Position numbers and translations under genes: made by a program | Notes under the pieces: model-generated | The model's input: the letters and a program-made list of their open reading frames with translations, nothing else | Databases searched by the model: none | What the model was told of the DNA's origin: nothing | Origin: Pseudomonadota bacterium | GTDB taxonomy: Bacteria; Desulfobacterota; Desulfobacteria; Desulfobacterales; RPRI01 | Direction of reading: 5' to 3' | Assembly: GCA_043825875.1 (NCBI GenBank) | Contig: JBDRRF010000107.1 | Span: forward strand, 1 to 64,000 | DNA length: 64,000 nt | Part shown: in pieces, positions 52,727-63,091 of the stretch | Layout of the letters: every line of letters begins with the position of its first letter | How positions within the stretch are numbered: the stretch's first letter is position 1

Positions 52727-53151
52727 TAAGCAGCCCTCCCCAGGATTTTTTGACAAATAGCATCGGCACACGCATCTACCTCATTCAACAGTGCTTTTCT
52801 AACACTTTCGGTATCTTTTACGATTTTTTCACGCATCTGCGATAGATCTTCCTGTGCTTTTTTATTTATTTTATCAATTAGTTGTTGCTCTTCATTCTGG
52901 GCTACAGACATTAAGGCTTCTTTTTCCTTCTGTCCTTTTAATCTAGCATTTTTAATTCCCAAAGCATAAGAATCGTCTTTTTCCTGGATACTTTTGGTCA
53001 TATTATTAATGCTTTGCTCAAGGCCGTTTATTTTATCTTTTCTCTCTATAAGGATTTTGCGTATCGGCCTGTATACAACAATATTCATCGCCCAGACAAG
53101 AAAGAGGAAATTGACGATCTGCGGGAGAACAGATAGATTCACTTTAATCAT
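52726..53151 (-). CDS. atpF: ATP synthase b' subunit
   Basis: QIVNFLFL..MN..YRPI..IL.ER; GGAGG ribosome-binding site. Confidence 0.9.
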   Translation of the reverse strand: MIKVNLSVLPQIVNFLFLVWAMNIVVYRPIRKILIERKDKINGLEQSINNMTKSIQEKDDSYALGIKNARLKGQKEKEALMSVAQNEEQQLIDKINKKAQEDLSQMREKIVKDTESVRKALLNEVDACADAICQKILGRAA

Positions 53152-53491
53152 ATTACAGCCTCCATAACAAACAATAACAAACAATTAAACATAAAACGAC
53201 CCTTGGAAACAATCATTTTTGCCTTAAAACAAAATTTAACACTTAACGAACGTACCTTCTGCATAAACATAATTTACTACCGTATCTGATTCAAAGCACT
53301 GCGGCATTAAAATAATTGCATTGTACAAACGCATTAAAGCTCAAAATCTGATGACTTCCAACAGCCTCAAACTTTTTACACAAAATTTGATTTTCGCCGA
53401 CTCAGAAAACAATTACTGTATAAAATTCATGACATTCTTTTTATTTTGCCGTCAGAGCAGTAACTTTTTCTAAGATTGTTAAATCTGGCGC

Positions 53492-53521
53492 TCTATAACA
53501 CCGGCACCAACAACTTGTCAA
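53492..53521 (-). promoter_or_regulatory. Putative sigma70 promoter for the atp operon
   Basis: TTGACA-N18-TATAGA with an extended -10 TGn. Confidence 0.5.
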
Positions 53522-53598
53522 AGGTTTTTTGTAAATATTTTATACATTATAAATTCAATTTATTTGTTTTGATACCTATCTATGTTAAATAGAAAAAA

Positions 53599-54699
53599 TT
53601 AATTGAATAAAAATCTTCTCATGCTGATATTCAACAGTATGCCTATGCTTATTAGTGTAATTACTATGGATGAACCGCCATAACTTATGAAAGGTAATGT
53701 TACGCCAACCACCGGCAACAAACCCAAAGCCATCCCCATATTTACAACTATATGCCACAATAGCATTGCGGTAATTCCAAAAGACAAAATGGCCCCAAAA
53801 TGATTTCTGCTGCCATATATGATTTTTAAACACCGCGCAATAAACATAAAAAAAACAAGGAGTAAAAGTAAGCAGCCGATAAACCCCCATTCTTCTGCAA
53901 AAACGGAAAAAATAAAATCAGTTTGCTGCTCAGGTAAAAAAGACAGGGCACTTTGAGTTCCCTTAAGAAAACCCTTGCCCGATATCATTCCTGAACCGAT
54001 TGCAATTTTTGACTGAATGATATGATAACCTGCACCGAGAGGATCTTGCTCCGGATTTAAAAAAGTAATAATCCTTTTTTTTTGATAATCTCTTAAAAAA
54101 AACCAAATAGTTGAAATTGCAATAGCACCAGTTGTTGAAATAAAGATAAAAGCTTTTTTTTCAATTTTCACAAATACCGACATGGATGCTACTATTAAGA
54201 TAATAAGCATAGCTGTTCCAAGATCCGGTTGCAGCACAATTAAAGAAAAAGGAATTATACATAATATTGCAGGAACTATTAGTTCACTCATTAACAACCC
54301 ATTAGTGCTTACGATTTTTGAATAATACTTGGCAATAACAAAGATAACGGCTAATTTGGCAAATTCGGACGGCTGAAATGTTACAGGGCCTAATATCAGC
54401 CAACGCCTTGATCCTCCTGCCGATTTCCCGAAAAACAAAACCAGCACAAGAAGTAAAATACAAACCCCGTATATGATAAAAGCCCATCTGTCTAAATATT
54501 TATAGTTAAATAAAAAAGAAAAAATCATCAGTACGAAACCAATAATGTACCAGATGATTTGTTTGAAAAATAGAACGTCCTGTACTGATTTACCGGCAGT
54601 AACAGCACTATATAAAGTCATGATACCTATAAAGGAAAGAACAATGGTAAGACCAAGTAAACCCCAGTCAAAATTTTGAACAAGTCTTCGGTCAATCAT
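53599..54699 (-). CDS. rodA: SEDS glycosyltransferase RodA
   Basis: QPSEFAK, QPDLGT, GYHIIQSKIAIGSG, LPEQQTDFIF, PFISYGGSS. Confidence 0.96.
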   Translation of the reverse strand: MIDRRLVQNFDWGLLGLTIVLSFIGIMTLYSAVTAGKSVQDVLFFKQIIWYIIGFVLMIFSFLFNYKYLDRWAFIIYGVCILLLVLVLFFGKSAGGSRRWLILGPVTFQPSEFAKLAVIFVIAKYYSKIVSTNGLLMSELIVPAILCIIPFSLIVLQPDLGTAMLIILIVASMSVFVKIEKKAFIFISTTGAIAISTIWFFLRDYQKKRIITFLNPEQDPLGAGYHIIQSKIAIGSGMISGKGFLKGTQSALSFLPEQQTDFIFSVFAEEWGFIGCLLLLLVFFMFIARCLKIIYGSRNHFGAILSFGITAMLLWHIVVNMGMALGLLPVVGVTLPFISYGGSSIVITLISIGILLNISMRRFLFN

Positions 54700-54719
54700 T
54701 TTATAGCAAATAGTCCTTT

Positions 54720-54861
54720 GAGCCAGTTTCAAAACGCCCCATTTTGGCCGATCTCTGCGTTGGGCTCAAATTTCAATCCTCAAAATACTTAATGTATTCC
54801 TGCGGTTGAAATTTTCTCCCGCCTTGAGCTTGACCAAACTGAAACGTTTTGAAAGTGGCTC
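54720..54861. mobile_element. 142-bp MITE-like element
   Basis: 17-bp terminal inverted repeats GAGCCAGTTTCAAAACG / CGTTTTGAAAGTGGCTC (16/17 match); flanking 4-bp direct repeat CTTT (54716-54719 and 54862-54865); internally palindromic; no ORF. Confidence 0.85.
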
Positions 54862-54877
54862 CTTTTATAATTGCAGG

Positions 54878-56731
54878 TTAGTTCGAAGAAGTTTGGGTTT
54901 CTTCATTTGCCGGATTCAAATAAGCCTGAACAAGCTCTTTTGCTATAGGTGCAGCAGCACTTGATCCATGCTCACCATGTTCAACAATTACAGTTATCGC
55001 AATTTTGGGATCTGTTGCCGGAGCATAACAAGTAAACCATGCATGAGGTTTATGTTGGTAAAGCACCGTTTTTTCATCATAGTTGCTATCTACTTGCTTT
55101 CTTCCTACAACCTGTGCAGTTCCGGTTTTACCACACATTTTAATTCCACCGTCTGGACGTGCCCTATAGGCAGTTCCGTAATTTTTATTAACTGCATCAC
55201 ATAAACCCTGTCTTATAATATCAATCGTTTTCTGGCTAGCAGGAATACGGCCTAATTTTTCAGGCTTGCTTTCCATAACAAGTTTTCCGTCCGGAGTCAT
55301 TATCTTTTTTACAACCAACGGCTTGATCCTTTCCCCTCCATTGGCTATTTCGGATGTCAGCAACAATATCTGAATAGGAGTGGTAAGATTATAACCCTGC
55401 CCGATAACTGCGGAAAGATTCTCCCCACTGGTCCATGCATAACCCAATCTTTTTTTTTTCCATTTAGTAGAAGGAATTAAACCCGTACCCTCCTGTTCCA
55501 GATCAATACCTGTCGGGGCACCAAGACCACAGGCTTTTGCGTAGAATTCAAGCTTGTCAATATCAAGCTTTTGCCCGATCTCATAAAAAAATACGTCACA
55601 GGATACCGCAAGCGCTTTTACAATATTAGTCCAGCCATGCCCCCCTCTTTTCCAGCACATATAGTTTCGGTTTCCATGTCTAAGATAACCGGGACAATAG
55701 CTCAATGTATTGAAGTCGATAATTTTTTCTTCCAAAGCCGCTATAGCAGTTAATATTTTATATGTTGAGGCCGGAGGATAAGCTCCTTTGATAGCTTTAT
55801 TTTCTATAGGCCGGTCAGGGTGTGAAATGATATTTTCCCATTCTTCATGTGACATCCCCGATACAAATAAATTAGAATCAAAAGAGGGGCTGCTGACCAT
55901 TGCCAAAACTTCACCGGAAAAAGGATCCATCGCAATAGCCGCACCGGCTCTATCTTTCAGCAGTTCTTCAGCTTTTTTTTGGAGATTTTCATCAATTGTG
56001 AGGTAAATATTGCTCCCGGCTTTCGCCTCAACCGTTTTCAAAACCCTTACAACCTGACCAACTGCATTTACCTCAACATAACGTATCCCCCTCTTTCCTG
56101 TCAGAAATTTACCAAATGATTTTTCAACTCCAAATTTACCGATATAATCACCGGGTTTATTTCTGCTATATTTCTCATCTTTTAGTTCGTTTGCGTTTAT
56201 CTCGCTTAAGTAACCAATAAGATGTGCAGCTCTATTGCCGTATATATAATGTCTTTTGGGTTTAACATCCACAGAAACCCCAGGCAAATCATACTTGTGC
56301 GCTTCTATAGCGGCAAGAGCATCTCTTCCTATGTCCTGTTTCAACAAAGCCGGCTTATAGCATGCCATACCTTTTATACCATTGATCTGCGAGCTTAATC
56401 CTTCGGTGGGCATATCTATATATTTTGAAAGCTTGCCGATTGTAGATTCAACAGGTTTAGCGTTACTTAATACAACACTTAGATTAAAAGAAGGCCTGTT
56501 ATCAACAAGCAAAACCCCGTTGCGATCGAAAATCAACCCGCGGGAATATTCTATATTTTGCAAACGGATACAGTTGTTCTCTGAAAGTTGTCTATATTCG
56601 GGGCCTTCGATAATCTGCAAATAAAAAATACGCAGGAAAAGAAGAGCAAATGCAGTAGTAACAAAATACGTTGCCACCGACAAACGATGCCGAAACCATT
56701 TATTATCAGTACTTCTTAAAAAATTGCCCAT
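54878..56731 (-). CDS. mrdA: Penicillin-binding protein 2
   Basis: N-terminal TM helix; STYK, SCD and KTGT motifs. Confidence 0.96.
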   Translation of the reverse strand: MGNFLRSTDNKWFRHRLSVATYFVTTAFALLFLRIFYLQIIEGPEYRQLSENNCIRLQNIEYSRGLIFDRNGVLLVDNRPSFNLSVVLSNAKPVESTIGKLSKYIDMPTEGLSSQINGIKGMACYKPALLKQDIGRDALAAIEAHKYDLPGVSVDVKPKRHYIYGNRAAHLIGYLSEINANELKDEKYSRNKPGDYIGKFGVEKSFGKFLTGKRGIRYVEVNAVGQVVRVLKTVEAKAGSNIYLTIDENLQKKAEELLKDRAGAAIAMDPFSGEVLAMVSSPSFDSNLFVSGMSHEEWENIISHPDRPIENKAIKGAYPPASTYKILTAIAALEEKIIDFNTLSYCPGYLRHGNRNYMCWKRGGHGWTNIVKALAVSCDVFFYEIGQKLDIDKLEFYAKACGLGAPTGIDLEQEGTGLIPSTKWKKKRLGYAWTSGENLSAVIGQGYNLTTPIQILLLTSEIANGGERIKPLVVKKIMTPDGKLVMESKPEKLGRIPASQKTIDIIRQGLCDAVNKNYGTAYRARPDGGIKMCGKTGTAQVVGRKQVDSNYDEKTVLYQHKPHAWFTCYAPATDPKIAITVIVEHGEHGSSAAAPIAKELVQAYLNPANEETQTSSN

Positions 56732-56811
56732 CACCTAAAATCCAATTTTTATATCAAACATAGCGGCATGAAATATCGTTATAATACTTGTCTGTTTTCA
56801 AGCAGGCCTGA

Positions 56812-57291
56812 TCAGGCATAATGATAAGTTTTTTTAATAAGCATAATAAAAAAATACCCTGTAACAAGAGCCCAGACAAATTGTGTAAATATTTTGCCGG
56901 ATAAATTTTCGACAAATAGTAATTCAGGATTAAACATCATAAATGAGCCTATATAAATTATATTTTCAAACAACACTCCTGCTGCAACTACAAAGACCAA
57001 AAACATACTGCTTCTAACGTTAAAATATACCGAGCTCCATCTGATACATATATATAGCCATATGTATACGGTAACATATAAACCAAAAGGACCATTATAC
57101 AGGTTATCCATTATAAAACCTGCTAACAAAATTACAGGAATGCTTTCGCGAAAATTACGGTAAAGACCTAGAAATACAACAACCACTATGAAAAGATCAT
57201 AAAACCCTCTTAGCATCCCAAAATAACGGACAACAGTTGTTTGAATGAGGGCCAATATGAGGCATAAGCAGACGTAAAATAAATATTTCAT
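56812..57291 (-). CDS. mreD: Rod shape protein MreD
   Basis: Hydrophobic protein between mreC and mrdA. Confidence 0.85.
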   Translation of the reverse strand: MKYLFYVCLCLILALIQTTVVRYFGMLRGFYDLFIVVVVFLGLYRNFRESIPVILLAGFIMDNLYNGPFGLYVTVYIWLYICIRWSSVYFNVRSSMFLVFVVAAGVLFENIIYIGSFMMFNPELLFVENLSGKIFTQFVWALVTGYFFIMLIKKTYHYA

Positions 57292-58124
57292 TTATTATTT
57301 GTATAACTCTTCGGTGTTTGATTTATCAAAACAAGAACCTCTTCCAGTTTATTAAAATCAACATGCGGCGTTACTTTTACTTCCTGAAAAAGGCCTGATT
57401 TTTTCTTGTTAATATATGAAATATGCCCGATAGGAAGTCCTTTAGGGTAAACACCATCCAGTCCGGATGAAATTACAGAGTCCCAAATTTTTATCTCATG
57501 CCTTCGCAATATATATTTAAAGATACATTGATCCGAAGATGCGCCTTTTATAATTCCGCGTGCCCTGCTCTCCTGCACAACAGCATCCACGGAACTTTCT
57601 TGATCTAAAATCAATAAAACCCTGGAATAATGATCAGCAGCATCAATTACCTGACCGACAATACCTTGCGGAGCAATAACAGGTAAACCTATTTTAACAC
57701 CATTTATTTTGCCTTTATCAATAACTACTGTTCGATACAACATAGAAGGATCAACAGAAATTACTTCGGCAGCGATAGATTCATAAGGTATGCTTTGACG
57801 AAAATCAAGTAAGCTGCGAAACCTGATATTGGAAAGTACTGCTTCATGATACTCGTTGTTCTTTTGAATCAGGCACCCCATTTCTTTTTTAAGTCTGTCG
57901 TTCTCACGTGCCATTGACACAAGATAAAAGTAATTTTTCCAAATGTTTTTTGTATAATTAACTGTTTGTGTCAGGACATTCTGTAATGGGGATATTACGA
58001 TCAACGCTATCCTTCCAAAAGTAGATGGTGGATAACGATGCTTACTGGAAACCGAGAGCACAATGATATTTGCAGTCACAAGTATTATTACACAGACTAC
58101 TATCATTGTTTTTTTTGAAAACAT
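57288..58124 (-). CDS. mreC: Rod shape protein MreC
   Basis: TM helix, coiled coil, IDKG, SSGLDGVYPKGLPIG. Confidence 0.94.
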   Translation of the reverse strand: MFSKKTMIVVCVIILVTANIIVLSVSSKHRYPPSTFGRIALIVISPLQNVLTQTVNYTKNIWKNYFYLVSMARENDRLKKEMGCLIQKNNEYHEAVLSNIRFRSLLDFRQSIPYESIAAEVISVDPSMLYRTVVIDKGKINGVKIGLPVIAPQGIVGQVIDAADHYSRVLLILDQESSVDAVVQESRARGIIKGASSDQCIFKYILRRHEIKIWDSVISSGLDGVYPKGLPIGHISYINKKKSGLFQEVKVTPHVDFNKLEEVLVLINQTPKSYTNNK

Positions 58125-58128
58125 GAAA

Positions 58129-59178
<1,050 letters not shown>

Positions 59179-59565
59179 TCAAGGATGTATTAAAGACTAG
59201 TTATATTAATATATTACAAACAGACACTTCAGCAACAACTAATTTTGGCGGCTTCTTAATAAAATCATGCAACTGCAAGGAACGCATATCAATTTTGGAG
59301 TAAGATGTAATTTTTTTCATACATTCAATAGACCTATTTGTGTGCAATATTCACACAGTCAAAGAACATAGGCTCAATCCACTTTGCACAGAATGGAGCA
59401 TAAATTTATAAAACCAATTTTGGCAAACCCAATTATAAATTACATGAACAGCTACCAGAAATTATCTTAAATTACAAGGGAAATTTACAAAATATTTGAT
59501 GCTTTTATAAAGCTAATTCATCTGCTTTATCAACTTATAAACTTTCACATAAACCGGTAAAAGGC

Positions 59566-60696
59566 TTATAAAAATCCACTGTCTGTCAGATTTGCCATTA
59601 TGGTATCGTGTAAAACCGGCCTGAAATCTTTAATTTTTAAATTATCCCGCGTAGTATGTATACGATTTGTAAGCAATATCGCAATTACAGACTTTTCCAG
59701 ATCCATCCAGAAAGAAGTACCCGTAAAACCGAGATGGCCGACAGTGTTATATGAAAAACATCTTCCGCTGCTCGAGTCTTTTAAAGACGGGGTGTCAAAA
59801 CCAAAAACCCGGTCAGATCCTTTATTGCGGCTCCAAAATTTTCTGATAATTTCTTCAATAATAATAGGGTGTTTGGATAATCCGTAAAATGCAAAAAGCA
59901 GTTGAGATAATAATTTGTTAACATCACTTGCAGTGCCAAAAAGGCCGGCATGGCCTTCTATTCCGCCCATTGCATAAGCATTCTCATCATGCACAACACC
60001 ATCTATAAGCATATTACGCCAGGCGCAAAATTCGGTAGCAGCAAATATTTTGTTTTTTTTATTTTTGGGCTCTGATTCAAGATTAATAAAAAAAAGATTT
60101 TCAAGCCCAAGTGGTTTATATACTTTCTCATAAACAAAATGATCCAAACGACACCCCGAAATATATTCAACAACCCATCTTAAAATCATAAAACCAAGAT
60201 CGCTGTACAAAGTCTTTTCACCTGGCTGGCAAATCAACGGCTCTTTAATAAGCAGCTTTCTTAAAACATTTTGCCTTTCACTTTGCCTGAAATCGGATAG
60301 TTTATAATAATATGGACGATAATCAGGAAACCCCGAATTATGCAAAAGAAGATTTTTGATGCTGATGTCGGCTTTCGGGGTATTTTTAAACTGAGGAATA
60401 ATTGATCCAAGCTTATCTTTTACTTCAAGATTTCCTTGCTCGACAAGTTTCATAACAGCAAGTGTTGTGGCAAAAGGTTTTGTAAGAGACGCCAAATCAA
60501 AAACAGTATGCTTTGTCATCTTTAGAAGCGATAATTTATTTGCAAAACCATATGCTTCAAAAAAAATAACTTTGCCTCTTACCGAAACAATAAGAACCGC
60601 ACCTGGGAAAACATTTTCAGAAAGGGCGGATATCATGGCATTATTTACTTCTTTCATGCTGCCATTATTACCTTTTTTTACAGATACATGATTCAT
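59566..60696 (-). CDS. Beta-lactamase-family serine hydrolase (AmiE/YfeW-like)
   Basis: ASLTK, YSD, VHDENA, GHAGLFG, GHLGFTG. Start 60696 or 60657. Confidence 0.88.
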   Translation of the reverse strand: MNHVSVKKGNNGSMKEVNNAMISALSENVFPGAVLIVSVRGKVIFFEAYGFANKLSLLKMTKHTVFDLASLTKPFATTLAVMKLVEQGNLEVKDKLGSIIPQFKNTPKADISIKNLLLHNSGFPDYRPYYYKLSDFRQSERQNVLRKLLIKEPLICQPGEKTLYSDLGFMILRWVVEYISGCRLDHFVYEKVYKPLGLENLFFINLESEPKNKKNKIFAATEFCAWRNMLIDGVVHDENAYAMGGIEGHAGLFGTASDVNKLLSQLLFAFYGLSKHPIIIEEIIRKFWSRNKGSDRVFGFDTPSLKDSSSGRCFSYNTVGHLGFTGTSFWMDLEKSVIAILLTNRIHTTRDNLKIKDFRPVLHDTIMANLTDSGFL

Positions 60697-60703
60697 TAAG
60701 ATA

Positions 60704-60730
60704 CCGTAGGGCGGGGTTTTACACCCCGCC
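60704..60730 (+). repeat. REP-like element (GTAG foot plus GC hairpin)
   Basis: CC-GTAG-GGCGGGG-TTTTACA-CCCCGCC in an intergenic spacer. Only one copy is seen in this window. Confidence 0.65.
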
Positions 60731-60765
60731 ACAATACTGAGGGCGCTATGGCGAATGCAAGCTGT

Positions 60766-61671
60766 TTAAAATTTTGGCCGGTTAAAAGAAATTATTTTAC
60801 TTTCTGTGTCAAGATCAGCTTTTAAGCCAAACGGGATAGTAATATTTTCCTTTCCGTGTCCGGCTTCCAAGCCGGCAAAAACAGGGATATTATACTCTTT
60901 AAACAAATCCTGTATTAATTTATACACTTTTTTTACAGGTCCGCACTCTGTAAATGAACCTATTACCAAACCAGCCAAACCGCTAAAACATCCTGCAAGT
61001 TTCATATGAGTAAGCATTCTGTCTATTCTGTATAGAGCTTCACCCCTGTCTTCAATAAAAAGAATACAGTCTTTTAAAGAAGGAAAATAAGGAGTGCCTG
61101 TAAGATGGCAAAGTGTTGATAAATTTCCTCCTAATAGAGTTGCCGATACTTTTCCCGGTGTTAAAACAACAGCTCTATTGGTCTTTATCTTAATATCAGA
61201 TTGTGAAGTTAAGACCGTTAACATAGCACGCACTGTTTTTTTGGTGGCAGTTCCAAGCGTTGTAACCATTGGGCCGTGAAAAGAAACTATGCCGCATTTT
61301 TTATAAACAGCAGCCAAAAGAGCACTTATATCACTATAGCCAATTAATATTTTAGGGTTATTAGAAATAGCTCTGTAATCCAGCAAAGGCAACAGCTTCA
61401 TTGAACCAAATCCGCCTCTAGCACAAAATACAGCTTTTATTTTTTTATCCGAAAAAAGATCATTTATAATTGAAGCGCGCTGATTATCATCACCAGCCAG
61501 ATATCCTGTCACACTATATATTTCTTCTGGGATACGGACATTAAAGCCCAACGATTTTAGAACCGAAATACCTTTTTTAAATTTGTCTTTATCAAAAGGA
61601 CTTGCCGGTGCGGCTATTCCGATTGTATCGCCGGGTTTTAACATAGCAGGTATTAATAATTTCTTTTTCAT
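60766..61671 (-). CDS. ldcA: LD-carboxypeptidase (S66 family)
   Basis: ARGGFG, GYSD, GGNL, FIED, GHG. Confidence 0.92.
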   Translation of the reverse strand: MKKKLLIPAMLKPGDTIGIAAPASPFDKDKFKKGISVLKSLGFNVRIPEEIYSVTGYLAGDDNQRASIINDLFSDKKIKAVFCARGGFGSMKLLPLLDYRAISNNPKILIGYSDISALLAAVYKKCGIVSFHGPMVTTLGTATKKTVRAMLTVLTSQSDIKIKTNRAVVLTPGKVSATLLGGNLSTLCHLTGTPYFPSLKDCILFIEDRGEALYRIDRMLTHMKLAGCFSGLAGLVIGSFTECGPVKKVYKLIQDLFKEYNIPVFAGLEAGHGKENITIPFGLKADLDTESKIISFNRPKF

Positions 61672-61874
61672 AGTTAAAATGCGCAGTATCTTTGTTTTGT
61701 TATGTACTAGCATAAACAGATAAAATTACATTTACAAAAGCAGTATTTTCATAAATTATGACGTATTATTACATAAGGGATTCTGTCATTCAAGCGCAAA
61801 AAATACAGGAATTATCTGGAAACCTAAGATAATGGACTTGTAGCCGATCACACATCTTTGTGACCGGAAAAATA

Positions 61875-61917
61875 AAAAAAAGAGGTTACAACAGCATTGC
61901 CTGTAACCTCTTTTTTT
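61875..61917. terminator. Intrinsic terminator downstream of the tRNA (potentially bidirectional)
   Basis: AAAAAAAGAGGTTACA...TGTAACCTCTTTTTTT. Confidence 0.85.
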
Positions 61918-61920
61918 GTT

Positions 61921-61997
<77 letters not shown>

Positions 61998-62221
61998 ATA
62001 ATTTTGATCTGATTTAAGAAAACAGCTTATACTTTCAAAGGCTTCTTCTTGCCCGCAACTTATTGATAGCCTTTTTGCGAGTGAATCTTTATTAGTTAAT
62101 CAGCTAAAATAAGTCAAGCTGTTTATTACCGATAAACAGCAGAAAGTTTTTTATGAATACTTTGCAGATTATAACATAATGTAACTTTTAGCTATTTTAT
62201 CGGTAAAAACTATAAAATAAA

Positions 62222-62440
62222 TTATTTGGTTTCATCTTCGTATTTAAATGAAACCTGAACCCGTGCCCTGAATGCGGCTATTTTTCCTTTTTCAATCTTC
62301 ATATCCAGTTTTGTAATTTCGGCAATCCGTAATTCACGAAGAGATTTTGACGCCCTTTCAACAGCATTTTTTGCTGCGTCTTCCCACGATTTTGGGCTTG
62401 TTCCGACAAGTTCAATTATTTTGTATACACTCTCAGCCAT
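62222..62440 (-). CDS. Dodecin-family protein
   Basis: SVYKIIELVGTS..SWEDAAKNAV...LR...VSFKYE; GGAGG ribosome-binding site. Confidence 0.9.
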   Translation of the reverse strand: MAESVYKIIELVGTSPKSWEDAAKNAVERASKSLRELRIAEITKLDMKIEKGKIAAFRARVQVSFKYEDETK

Positions 62441-62770
62441 TTTACCCTCCTTTTTAGTTTGCGGTTATTAGTTAACGCTGTTTATGAAACATAAAAGCCA
62501 AAAAAGCTTAGTTGCATTAGAAAACCAAAGGCTTAAAAATTAGAGGTTGATCTGGTGTAACAACAAAACAAACGGGCTAATACAGGAAATTTAAATTCTC
62601 CTCTTAAATGTAATTAAGTAGAGTGTGCATTTTTATTTAGCAGATTTAGATTGATGGAGTTATTTACAGTATATAAAAATTTATAACCAAAAGGAAAATA
62701 AGTCAAATTATATTTAGTTGATGGCAGCGCCTTTAAGATTTAATTTTTATGTTATATGCCATTGGCCTGC

Positions 62771-63091
62771 TTATAAACTTTTTAAAAGTTCATCAATTTT
62801 TGATATAAATGCTTCGGGAGACAAGGATAAAGATTTTACGTCATTTTTTAAAAGTATATATTTCGTCTTTCCGGTATGCCCGGAAACAATTTCAAGCCTT
62901 GATGCGGAAACTGAAAGTCTTTTGGCAAGATAGTTGATGCACATATTATTTGCTGATCCATCGACCGGAGGAGCTGTAAGTTTTATTTTCAGGGCATCCC
63001 CAAAAAGTCCGGCTATCATGTTTTTTGAAGACCGGGGCTGAACATACACCTTAAAAATTATTCCATCGGAACTTTTTTTAAAATAAAGCAT
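62771..63091 (-). CDS. DUF167/UPF0235 (YggU-like) protein
   Basis: VQPRSS, LKIKLTAPPVDGSAN, SGHTGKTK. Confidence 0.9.
   Translation of the reverse strand: MLYFKKSSDGIIFKVYVQPRSSKNMIAGLFGDALKIKLTAPPVDGSANNMCINYLAKRLSVSASRLEIVSGHTGKTKYILLKNDVKSLSLSPEAFISKIDELLKSL

Noticed and set aside
60697..60732. Longer N-termini from the ORF track (hydrolase 60732; likewise rodA 54732 and fliK 15846)
   Set aside because: These starts run through a REP, a MITE end or a sigma54 promoter; downstream ATGs fit better.
62110..62135. Sigma28-like promoter TAAG-N14-ACCGATAA
   Set aside because: The spacing is off, no plus-strand gene follows, and the inverted repeat explains the sequence.
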